A stretch of 64,000 nucleotides of DNA from Candidatus Schekmanbacteria bacterium (GTDB taxonomy: Bacteria; Schekmanbacteria; GWA2-38-11; J061), in assembly GCA_016219965.1 (NCBI GenBank), contig JACRJM010000015.1, positions 31,857 through 95,856 on the forward strand. The letters run 5' to 3'. The translations under genes were made by a program, and so were the position numbers. Within the stretch, counting starts at the first letter, position 1, and every line of letters begins with the position of its first letter. Below the pieces are notes generated by a model. The model searched no databases, had not been told where the DNA came from, and saw only the letters and a program-made list of their open reading frames with translations. Shown here in pieces: positions 48,012-55,945 of this stretch.

Positions 48012-50849
48012 ATGAAATACAAAAAAATATTCTATATGTTTATTTTGATGCTGATTGCTATCAGTGCATGGACGTTCGAAGCCGGAGCAGAAATATTCTA
48101 TGTTTCCAAGACAGGAGATAACAGCAATGATGGGTCTGCCATTGCTCCTTTTCTTACAGTACAGAAAGCTATTGATTCGCTGACTGCGGATGGTGATGAG
48201 GTATGGATATCGCCTGGTGACTATAATGAAGCAGTTATATCGGGTAATACTTCAACTGATAGATTACGGAATATTAAGGTAAAAGGAACTGCTGATGGAG
48301 TAATTATAACTGCACCGGCGACTAAATCTGCATTCAAATTAAATTATGCTGATAACTGGGTTTTACAAAATATTAAGTTAGTTGGTAATGGGGAAACCAG
48401 TAATGTAATAGTGGATGTGATGCAATCTCCAGGTGCACGCATTGAAAATTGTACGGTAAGCGGTGGAAGCACCAGCAATATTTGTTATAGGGCTGTTTAT
48501 ATTCTCAGTTCGCCAAACTTCATAGTTAAAAACTGCACGATTGATGCATACTGCGAAAATAGTATTTTCAGTTCGGAATCCAATAATTTACTGATTAAAG
48601 GGAATGATGTTAGTAATGCAGACTCTATTACAATAGGTTTTGATAAAGGATGCGATTATACGACGTGTGAAGAGAATTATATTCATGACCGGATTACACC
48701 GGGGCAGAATGAGAAAGTTATCATTCAGTGCAGAGATAATGTCGGTTCAATACTAAGGAGGAATTTGATTGTAGAATTTAGCACTTCTTTCCTTAATGCA
48801 ATACTGGTAAGAGGACCTTCAATCCCGGCAGAGGATATCACAGTTGAAAATAATACATTGATAGGTCCAGGAGCACAGACAGGTATAGCATTTGCTGCTA
48901 ACTCTTTATCATCAATCTGCAGGAATAATATTGTCTCCGGTTTTTATTATGCGGTAAGGACTCTTTATCCGTCATCTGAATTACCTAGCCCGGAGGTTGA
49001 GCTCAATTTTAATGATTTTTATGACTGCACGACCTCTGTTAGCAATACCGTTAATTTATTTAATATAGGAAGTTCAAATATATCGAGTGATCCCTTATTT
49101 GCCGACACAGCGGAATACCGGCTAAGTGAAGGAAGTCCCTGTATTGATACTGGAGATCCGGCTTCATTGGTACCGACTGGTGGAGGGACAACTGTTGATA
49201 TGGGCCGATGGGAATACAGGGATTCTATTTATGAGAATAATCAATCCAGCATTTATCTTTCATCAATCTTGATTGATTTTGGAACAGTTGAAGATGGACA
49301 GACTAAATCCATTGATTTGACATTAAGCAATGAGGGGAATGCTGATCTCTCTGTATCATCAATTGGTATAAGCGGAAGTTCAGCCTTTACTTTGAATTCT
49401 TCACCTGCGGTGCCTTTTACCATTACTGCTGAAGCCTCAATTACTCTGCAGGTTGATTATAAGCCGATAGAAGCCCTATCTGATACAGCAACGATAATTA
49501 TTACCAGCAACGATCCTGATCAGGGGACAGCATCTGTTTTACTCACCGGAACCGGCACTCCAAGCGTTGTACCTCATATAAGTGCAGATAAAGAATCTTT
49601 AGACTTTAAAACAGTAATTGTAGGTTCATCAAGAACTTTATCCGTTACTATAAGTAATACGGGAATTGATGATCTCGTAGTCTCAAATTTACTGATTTCA
49701 GGAAGTTCTCTATTTGACCTTAACGAACTTGTCCCGGAAACACCATTTACGGTTTCAATCGGTTCATCGGTGATAATACCGGTTGATTTTGTCCCTTATA
49801 GTGCTGAACCAAGTGCAGGAACTCTCACTATTGAGAGTGATGACCCCGACCAGCCTGAGCTTGATGTATCGCTTAGCGCTGAGGGTTATGATTTAACAGT
49901 AAAGCCCAAGATCAATGTCAGCACTGAATCTTTGGACTTCGATAAAGTAGTTTATGGTTTGACAAGTACATTGACAGTAATTGCAAGCAACACCGGAAAT
50001 ACCGCATTGTCCATATCAAATATTTCGATTACAGGGAGTTCAGACTTTTCTTTGGCTGAACTAGATATGACATTTCCCTATTCAGTGCCTTTTGGTTCAT
50101 CCCTTAACATACCGGTAATTTATAATCCTTCAGGTATTACTCCAACCAGTGCTACCATTACTATTAACAGCGATGATGAAGACGAACCGCAGGTTTCTGT
50201 ACTGCTGAATGGAGGAGGATATGATGAAGAGAATTCTCCGATAGATCTTGGTATAGAATCGTTTACAGTAGACAAACGAATAGGTTTAACAAGCACAAAA
50301 CCAATAGAAATTGGAATAACAGTCAAAAATAATGGAGTTATAAAACGAGGAAGCAGTGCTAATGTTGTCGGATTCCAGAATGATTTACAAGTTTATGACG
50401 AGACTATAGATATTTCAGGTGATAACAGTGCTTCTTATTGGTTTCCATCTTATACCCCCGAGCTTAAAGGTCAAATTCTCTGGCTTGCCAGCATAAAAGA
50501 CAGCAGCGATGAATTTAAACAGGAAACAGCGATGACTTATGTTTTTTCCGGAGATGTGTCTCCGGTATGGGTGACCCCAAACAAGACAAGCATTGCAGCA
50601 GATGAAAAAATGACATTTAAAGCATTTATAACAGGAAAGAAGATAAAGAAAAAAAATCTTGCATGGTATGTGAATAATATTCCCGGTGGAAACAGCACTG
50701 TGGGAACGATAAAGCCTTCAAAGAACAGAAAGAGCGGTGTTTATACAGCACCTTCTGTACTGCCGTATCCATCTACAGTTGTAATAACATTTGTAAATAA
50801 GAAAAAAACATCGCAATACGGAAGTGCTGAGGTAACAATTGAAGAGTAG
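48012..50849 (+). CDS. Large secreted protein: N-terminal right-handed beta-helix (paralog of 30303-31526), three tandem ~105-aa choice-of-anchor-D-like Ig-type repeats, then a C-terminal Ig-like region
   Basis: Signal peptide. Residues ~30-400 align with the EPS-locus beta-helix protein. Three repeats share the pattern L/IDFG.V..G......T.SN.G...L.VS.I.I.GS..F.L.....PF...........V.Y.P......A..TI.SDDPDQ. No PEP-CTERM or other sorting tail at the C-terminus. Confidence 0.6.
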   Translation: MKYKKIFYMFILMLIAISAWTFEAGAEIFYVSKTGDNSNDGSAIAPFLTVQKAIDSLTADGDEVWISPGDYNEAVISGNTSTDRLRNIKVKGTADGVIITAPATKSAFKLNYADNWVLQNIKLVGNGETSNVIVDVMQSPGARIENCTVSGGSTSNICYRAVYILSSPNFIVKNCTIDAYCENSIFSSESNNLLIKGNDVSNADSITIGFDKGCDYTTCEENYIHDRITPGQNEKVIIQCRDNVGSILRRNLIVEFSTSFLNAILVRGPSIPAEDITVENNTLIGPGAQTGIAFAANSLSSICRNNIVSGFYYAVRTLYPSSELPSPEVELNFNDFYDCTTSVSNTVNLFNIGSSNISSDPLFADTAEYRLSEGSPCIDTGDPASLVPTGGGTTVDMGRWEYRDSIYENNQSSIYLSSILIDFGTVEDGQTKSIDLTLSNEGNADLSVSSIGISGSSAFTLNSSPAVPFTITAEASITLQVDYKPIEALSDTATIIITSNDPDQGTASVLLTGTGTPSVVPHISADKESLDFKTVIVGSSRTLSVTISNTGIDDLVVSNLLISGSSLFDLNELVPETPFTVSIGSSVIIPVDFVPYSAEPSAGTLTIESDDPDQPELDVSLSAEGYDLTVKPKINVSTESLDFDKVVYGLTSTLTVIASNTGNTALSISNISITGSSDFSLAELDMTFPYSVPFGSSLNIPVIYNPSGITPTSATITINSDDEDEPQVSVLLNGGGYDEENSPIDLGIESFTVDKRIGLTSTKPIEIGITVKNNGVIKRGSSANVVGFQNDLQVYDETIDISGDNSASYWFPSYTPELKGQILWLASIKDSSDEFKQETAMTYVFSGDVSPVWVTPNKTSIAADEKMTFKAFITGKKIKKKNLAWYVNNIPGGNSTVGTIKPSKNRKSGVYTAPSVLPYPSTVVITFVNKKKTSQYGSAEVTIEE

Positions 50850-50919
50850 CGCATTAAAACTTCTCAAAAAAAGGGAAGGGTTGCATCTTCAGTCAGAGAC
50901 GATGTTAAAAAATAGTTAA

Positions 50920-51486
50920 TTAAGCTTTTCCCAATAGTCTGTCAATTATAATTGCAGAGGCAGCCCTGACTGATAAGTGGTTGTAATCCGTATTCCCTGT
51001 TATTGGTTCAAGAATTATGTCAGCTTTTGTTATTATTTCTTCAGTCATGCCCCATCCTGTCCCAAAAAGAATGAATACTGGCCTGGGTGTTTCTCTGATC
51101 ATTTCTCTTGCGGACTTGAAACTTATATTCCCTTCGATATTACGTGCAGCCGTTGCGATTGTCAGAGGCATTGAACCATCAGCAGATTGTATGTTTTCTA
51201 TAACTTCATCAATATTTTTTTTAACCTTCACGAGGCTCAGTGCTTTTGCTCTTAATGGGTTTTGTTTTGCACCTGTTCCAATTGTCCAGTGATTGATTAT
51301 TTTATTAAGGAGTTCCTCTTGCAGGTCAAAAGGGGTTATCATAAATACCTTCTCAATGCCGTAAGTCATTGCTGTCCTCGATAAGTCATGGATGTCAAGA
51401 TTTGTAATTGATGTTCCTATGATATTCCCGTCTTTGCCGAGAATAGGGTAATGGAGAAGACCTATATAAGCTCTGGTGTCAGTCAT
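50920..51486 (-). CDS. Putative SPOUT-class RNA methyltransferase-like protein
   Basis: C-terminal NHLSVRAASAIIIDRL resembles SPOUT motif III. Co-oriented with trmD and overlaps it by 8 nt. Family assignment uncertain. Confidence 0.35.
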   Translation of the reverse strand: MTDTRAYIGLLHYPILGKDGNIIGTSITNLDIHDLSRTAMTYGIEKVFMITPFDLQEELLNKIINHWTIGTGAKQNPLRAKALSLVKVKKNIDEVIENIQSADGSMPLTIATAARNIEGNISFKSAREMIRETPRPVFILFGTGWGMTEEIITKADIILEPITGNTDYNHLSVRAASAIIIDRLLGKA

Positions 51487-52228
51487 CTTTTTCTGTTTCT
51501 TTCATTAACTTTTCGAGCAATGCTTTGTCTTTATCAGAAAGTTTAACAGTTTCTAAAAGATCAGGACGTCTTTTCATGGTCCTCCTAAGCGATTCTTTAA
51601 TCTTCCACTCATTGATTTGCTTATGATTCCCTGAAAGCAGCACGTCTGGGACTTTCATTCCCTGGAACTCTGGCGGACGGGTATACACCGGAGAGCTTAA
51701 AAGTCCATTGAAGAATGAATCATTCTCCGCAGATTCAATATTCCCTAAGGTGCCCGGCAGCATTCTCATCACTGAATCGATGACGACCATAGCCGGCAGT
51801 TCTCCGCCGGTAAGCACATAGTTTCCTATGGATATTTCATGATCAACGATACTTTCCCTCACACGTTCATCAATACCCTTATACCTTCCGCAAAGGAGGA
51901 TCAGACTCTTTTCTGCTGCCAGTTCTATGGCTTTTTTTTGGCTGAAAAGCTCTCCATCAGGGGTGAGAAAAACTGTTTTGGCAGATTTAGAAACATCCCT
52001 TGTTTTTAGAGCCGTTATGCATCTGGTTATAGGTTCCGGTTTCATAACCATTCCGGCCTCTCCGCCGTACGGGTAATCATCCACTACTTTATGCCTTCCC
52101 TCTGCATAGTTTCTCAGATCAACTATGTCTATTCCTGCTATCCCCTTTTCGATTGCTTTACTGATTACGCTCTGTTCAAGGTATGATTTGAAGGCTTCGG
52201 GGAATATCGTAATAACGGTGAAAAACAT
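51479..52228 (-). CDS. trmD: tRNA (guanine37-N1)-methyltransferase
   Basis: ITIFPE, DDYPYGGEAGMVMKPEP and LLCGRYKGIDERV motifs; ~250 aa. Confidence 0.85.
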   Translation of the reverse strand: MFFTVITIFPEAFKSYLEQSVISKAIEKGIAGIDIVDLRNYAEGRHKVVDDYPYGGEAGMVMKPEPITRCITALKTRDVSKSAKTVFLTPDGELFSQKKAIELAAEKSLILLCGRYKGIDERVRESIVDHEISIGNYVLTGGELPAMVVIDSVMRMLPGTLGNIESAENDSFFNGLLSSPVYTRPPEFQGMKVPDVLLSGNHKQINEWKIKESLRRTMKRRPDLLETVKLSDKDKALLEKLMKETEKDD

Positions 52229-52231
52229 GGT

Positions 52232-52744
52232 TCACACATATTCAGGTTTTTTTATCGTGATTCTTTTGTCTTTGGTGCTTACCTCTAAGATGAAACTCTC
52301 AATTGCCGGAACTAAAATCTCACCACTTTCAGACTTTATGACAAATACATCATTTCCTGCGGTTTTGTATATTTCTTTTACGGTGCCAAGGGCCATCCCT
52401 TCTTCATCGAATACACTGCATCCTATAACGTCATCAAGATAATAATGGCCGTGAGGTAGCGGCATTGCATCGGATTCTGATATCGTAATTATCGAACCTT
52501 CAAACTCCCACGCGGCTACTGGTGTATCAATCCCTTTAAACTTGATAATCAGGATGTCTTTATGGAATCTTACAGACTGAATTTCTGTGATAATAACGGT
52601 GCCGTTTTTTTTTTCGATTATAACTGATGAAAGATTCAAGAAACGCTTAGGGTCGTCTGTAATAGGGTAGACAGTAAGTTCTCCCTTTTGGCCTCTGGGC
52701 TTTAAAACTTTTCCTATGACGATTGTGTCAGCATCGGCGCTCAT
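52232..52744 (-). CDS. rimM: 16S rRNA processing protein RimM
   Basis: IGKVLKPRGQKGEL.V...TD RimM N-domain plus a PRC barrel. The start is trimmed to the internal ATG that overlaps the KH gene by 4 nt; the longer 52804 ORF would overlap it by 64 nt. Confidence 0.75.
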   Translation of the reverse strand: MSADADTIVIGKVLKPRGQKGELTVYPITDDPKRFLNLSSVIIEKKNGTVIITEIQSVRFHKDILIIKFKGIDTPVAAWEFEGSIITISESDAMPLPHGHYYLDDVIGCSVFDEEGMALGTVKEIYKTAGNDVFVIKSESGEILVPAIESFILEVSTKDKRITIKKPEYV

Positions 52745-52971
52745 TCCACTATTTCCAGCGAAACCTTTTTTTTGCTGAGAGAAGAAGATGCATTGAGAAG
52801 ACATCTTATAGCTTTGATGGTTTTGCCATTCTTTCCTATTATACGACCTCTGTCGTCAGGAGAGACCTTTAATTCTATGACAGTAACGCCTTTAACTTCC
52901 TTGTCGTTAACTGTGACAGAATCCGGATTCTTTGTAATTGATTTTGCGAGAAAGGTTACTAAGTCTTTCAT
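52741..52971 (-). CDS. KH-domain RNA-binding protein (UPF0109/YlqC-like)
   Basis: GRIIGKNGKTIKAIR KH motif. Located between rpsP and rimM, as in many bacteria. Confidence 0.75.
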   Translation of the reverse strand: MKDLVTFLAKSITKNPDSVTVNDKEVKGVTVIELKVSPDDRGRIIGKNGKTIKAIRCLLNASSSLSKKKVSLEIVE

Positions 52972-53002
52972 TGGCTGATACGTGACTACTGCTTAAGTAC
53001 AG

Positions 53003-53266
53003 CTAATTTGAAACTGCAGGAGTTTTAAAAAATCCTGACTTCTTAAGCAGCGATTTTACCGTGTCTGACGGTGTGGCGCCTTTACTAAGCCACTCTCTTA
53101 TTTTATCTTCCTTAAGGGTGCATTGGTTATCGGTCTGCTGAGGTCTGTAGAAGCCTACTATCTCGATGAACCTTCCATCTCTTGGCATCCTTGAATCGGC
53201 TACTACTATTCTGTAGAATGGTTTCTTTTTAGTGCCCCCTCTTGTAAGCCTTAAAACAACTGCCAT
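53003..53266 (-). CDS. rpsP: 30S ribosomal protein S16
   Basis: [39 protein letters not shown] is near-universal bS16 sequence. Confidence 0.9.
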   Translation of the reverse strand: MAVVLRLTRGGTKKKPFYRIVVADSRMPRDGRFIEIVGFYRPQQTDNQCTLKEDKIREWLSKGATPSDTVKSLLKKSGFFKTPAVSN

Positions 53267-53342
53267 CTTCTTTTTCTCCTTTGTAAAAACAATCTATTCC
53301 ACCAGTAACAACAGGTGCGTAATATTTTTTGCTGAATGTAGC

Positions 53343-53372
53343 TATATATTAGATTCTCTTGTCATTTGTCAA
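53343..53372 (-). promoter_or_regulatory. Candidate sigma-70 promoter for the rpsP operon (TTGACA-N17-ATATAT on the minus strand)
   Basis: The minus strand reads TTGACAaatgacaagagaatctaATATAT, ~70 nt upstream of the rpsP ATG. A good RBS (AAAGGAGAAAAAGAAG ATG) follows. Confidence 0.3.
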
Positions 53373-53399
53373 GCGAAAGGGTTGAATGAACCTACTTAT

Positions 53400-54572
53400 T
53401 TAATTTGAAATGGTTATCTCAGCCTCATTTGAGCTAAGAGATGTTATCTCGTCCTTGACATAGGGTTTACCGATATAAGCTTCCACCTTGTAAGTGTAGG
53501 TTACCGGCGCGGAACTGACGCTGACTGTATCGGTGTAGGTTGTAATCGTGTTGGTAAGTATTATCTGATCGGGGGTGCTGACCGTATGTGAGATTTTTTC
53601 AAACCCCACTGAATCACTGCTTTTCCTGAATATTATGTATCCCTGCTCAATGTCGCTGTTATCTAACCATTGAAGGATTAATGAATTACTGCTCCCTGCA
53701 TCTGTAATGACTGAAATATCTGTAGGGATATCTAAATCAGAAGGTAATTGCTCTTCCCATGTTGCCCACACGCTTATTTTTCTATGATTCATGTCCTTTT
53801 TCTTAAGGCCGGTATTGATTTTGAACCTCTTTGTTTCTTTATATTTTAAGACATTATCCCTTGAATTGCCGTATATGACATCACTGCTTCCTTCCTTTTG
53901 TGAGCCAAAGAAAAGAATTTCACCATTACTTGTGTCTTTTATTTTTACATATATGGTGGTATTCCATATATCAAGGCCTGAGTTGTTGGTTATTTTTCCA
54001 TAAACTTTCTTGTTTCTTAATGTAAACTTACCGGACCCGACGGGTTCTATTTTTATATTTTTATTATTGACGCGCAGAGGAAGTGTCTGGTTTTTATTTG
54101 ATGTTGGTTGAATTTCTATTACACCCAGGGTATTTGTCATTGCGTCAAAATTAACCGAAAATGTCCCTTTCTCTCCCCTTTTAATTGTAGAAGTTACAAT
54201 GCTTTCTGTTGAATAAACAAGCCTCCTCGGTTCATCTCCGGTTACTGATACATTTTTTGAACTGATTGGCGACCCATTACTATCCTTTAAAATGACATTT
54301 ATTTTTACATCAGTAAGCCAGCTATATTTTTTTTCTTTTTTGCTTTGCACTTCTCCGTACACATGAAACTTATTCCCCTTTTGAATTACATTTAGACTGT
54401 CTTCAATGATTTCTATTTTTTTGTCATCATCAATAATCTTTATTTTTCTGCTGTCTATTGTGACTTGGCCAGGTGTTCCGACACAGCCGCTCTGTGCTCT
54501 GTCACTCCTCACTGTTCCAAGAAGCGGAAGCACCAAGGTGATTATCATTATAATTTTACTTATCTTTTTCAT
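53400..54572 (-). CDS. Secreted hypothetical protein with a C-terminal fibronectin-III-like domain
   Basis: Signal peptide and a C-terminal ~90 aa with an FN3-like pattern (LILQWLDNSD...GYIIFR...YTYKVEAY). Inserted between ffh and rpsP. Confidence 0.4.
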   Translation of the reverse strand: MKKISKIIMIITLVLPLLGTVRSDRAQSGCVGTPGQVTIDSRKIKIIDDDKKIEIIEDSLNVIQKGNKFHVYGEVQSKKEKKYSWLTDVKINVILKDSNGSPISSKNVSVTGDEPRRLVYSTESIVTSTIKRGEKGTFSVNFDAMTNTLGVIEIQPTSNKNQTLPLRVNNKNIKIEPVGSGKFTLRNKKVYGKITNNSGLDIWNTTIYVKIKDTSNGEILFFGSQKEGSSDVIYGNSRDNVLKYKETKRFKINTGLKKKDMNHRKISVWATWEEQLPSDLDIPTDISVITDAGSSNSLILQWLDNSDIEQGYIIFRKSSDSVGFEKISHTVSTPDQIILTNTITTYTDTVSVSSAPVTYTYKVEAYIGKPYVKDEITSLSSNEAEITISN

Positions 54573-54590
54573 TTGACCTTCCTTTAAATG

Positions 54591-55940
54591 CTACATCTTC
54601 ATAAAAGGGAATTTCATTCCTCTTCCCATCTTTTTTGGTGATGAGAATGTTTTAAGCATTTTTTTCATTTGTGCAAACTGTTTTATTAGTCTGTTTACGT
54701 CCTGAATGGTTGTGCCGCTCCCCTTTGATATTCTTTTCCTGCGGCTTCCGCTGATTATGGTGTAGTTTGCTCTTTCCCTGGCTGTCATCGAGCTTATGAT
54801 TGCCTCTATTTTTTTGAGATCCTTTTCGCCGACGTCCAGATCTCCGCCAAGCCCCATCTTCTTAAGGTTGCCCATCCCAGGGATCATTCCCATGATCTCT
54901 TCAATAGGTCCCATCTTTCTGATTTGGAGAAGCTGGTCCTTAAAGTCTTCAAGGGTGAAGGTCTCCTCCCTTATTTTCTGCTGGAGCGCGCGCGCCTTTT
55001 CCTCGTCAACCGATGACTGGGCTTTTTCAATCAGTGTCAGCACATCTCCCATCCCGAGTATCCGCGAAGCAATTCGCTCAGGATGAAAGGGCTCTATGGC
55101 ATCAGGTTTTTCGCCCGTAGTTATAAACTTTATTGGTTTTCCGGTAACAGCCCTCATAGATAGCGCGGCACCTCCTCTTGCATCGCCATCCATCTTTGTC
55201 ATTATTATTCCTGTTATGCCTATCTGTGCGTCGAATTCACGGGCAATGTTTACAGCGTCCTGGCCCGTCATACTGTCACTGACAAGCAGTTTTTCAGAAA
55301 CAGGCAAAGCCGATGTGATCCCTTTAAGTTCATCCATGAGGTCGTTATCTATATGGAGTCTTCCGGCTGTATCTATTATAAGTATGTCATGGGCTCCGTC
55401 TCTTGCTGATTTGTATGCACTTTCTGCTATAAAAAGAGGTTTGTCCTTCGGAGATGCGGGATAGATATCAATATCAGTTTTTTCTGCCACTGTTTTTAGC
55501 TGGTCCATCGCAGCAGGACGGTAAACATCAACTGAAACAAGCATTGGGTTATGTCCTGATGTTTTCAGCATCCTGGCGAGTTTACCTGCAGTAGTGGTTT
55601 TGCCTGAGCCCTGAAGTCCCAGAAGGAGAATTACCGCCGGAGGTTTGGTACTGGACAACTCAAGCTTCTTATACTCATGACCTAATAGTTCTATTATCTC
55701 TTCGTTCACGATTTTAATAATCTGCTGACCGGGACTAAGAGACTTTAACACTTCCTGTCCCAGAGCTTTTTCTTCAACCGATGCGATGAAATCCTTTACT
55801 ACCTTGTAGTTTACATCAGCCTCAAGGAGTGCCATTTTTACTTCCTTGAGGCCGTCTTTTACATCGTGCTCGTTGAGTTTTCCGCTTTTACGAAGCTTCG
55901 CAAAGGCGGTTTCTAATTTTTTTGAAAGGTTCTCAAACAT
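54591..55940 (-). CDS. ffh: Signal recognition particle protein Ffh
   Basis: N-domain, SRP54 GTPase (GLQGSGKTTTAGKLA, DTAGR, TKMDGD) and a Met-rich M domain. Confidence 0.9.
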   Translation of the reverse strand: MFENLSKKLETAFAKLRKSGKLNEHDVKDGLKEVKMALLEADVNYKVVKDFIASVEEKALGQEVLKSLSPGQQIIKIVNEEIIELLGHEYKKLELSSTKPPAVILLLGLQGSGKTTTAGKLARMLKTSGHNPMLVSVDVYRPAAMDQLKTVAEKTDIDIYPASPKDKPLFIAESAYKSARDGAHDILIIDTAGRLHIDNDLMDELKGITSALPVSEKLLVSDSMTGQDAVNIAREFDAQIGITGIIMTKMDGDARGGAALSMRAVTGKPIKFITTGEKPDAIEPFHPERIASRILGMGDVLTLIEKAQSSVDEEKARALQQKIREETFTLEDFKDQLLQIRKMGPIEEIMGMIPGMGNLKKMGLGGDLDVGEKDLKKIEAIISSMTARERANYTIISGSRRKRISKGSGTTIQDVNRLIKQFAQMKKMLKTFSSPKKMGRGMKFPFMKM

Positions 55941-55945
55941 TGATA

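Noticed and set aside
50850-50919. Bidirectional terminator between the convergent beta-helix and SPOUT genes
   Set aside because: Only short, imperfect complementarity (AAGGGAA...TTTTCCC). Not convincing without folding energy calculation.
52232-52804. 190-aa RimM ORF overlapping the KH-protein gene by 64 nt
   Set aside because: The N-terminal extension (MSSQCIFFSQQKKGFAGNSG) is not RimM-like. The start at 52744 gives a canonical 4-nt overlap.
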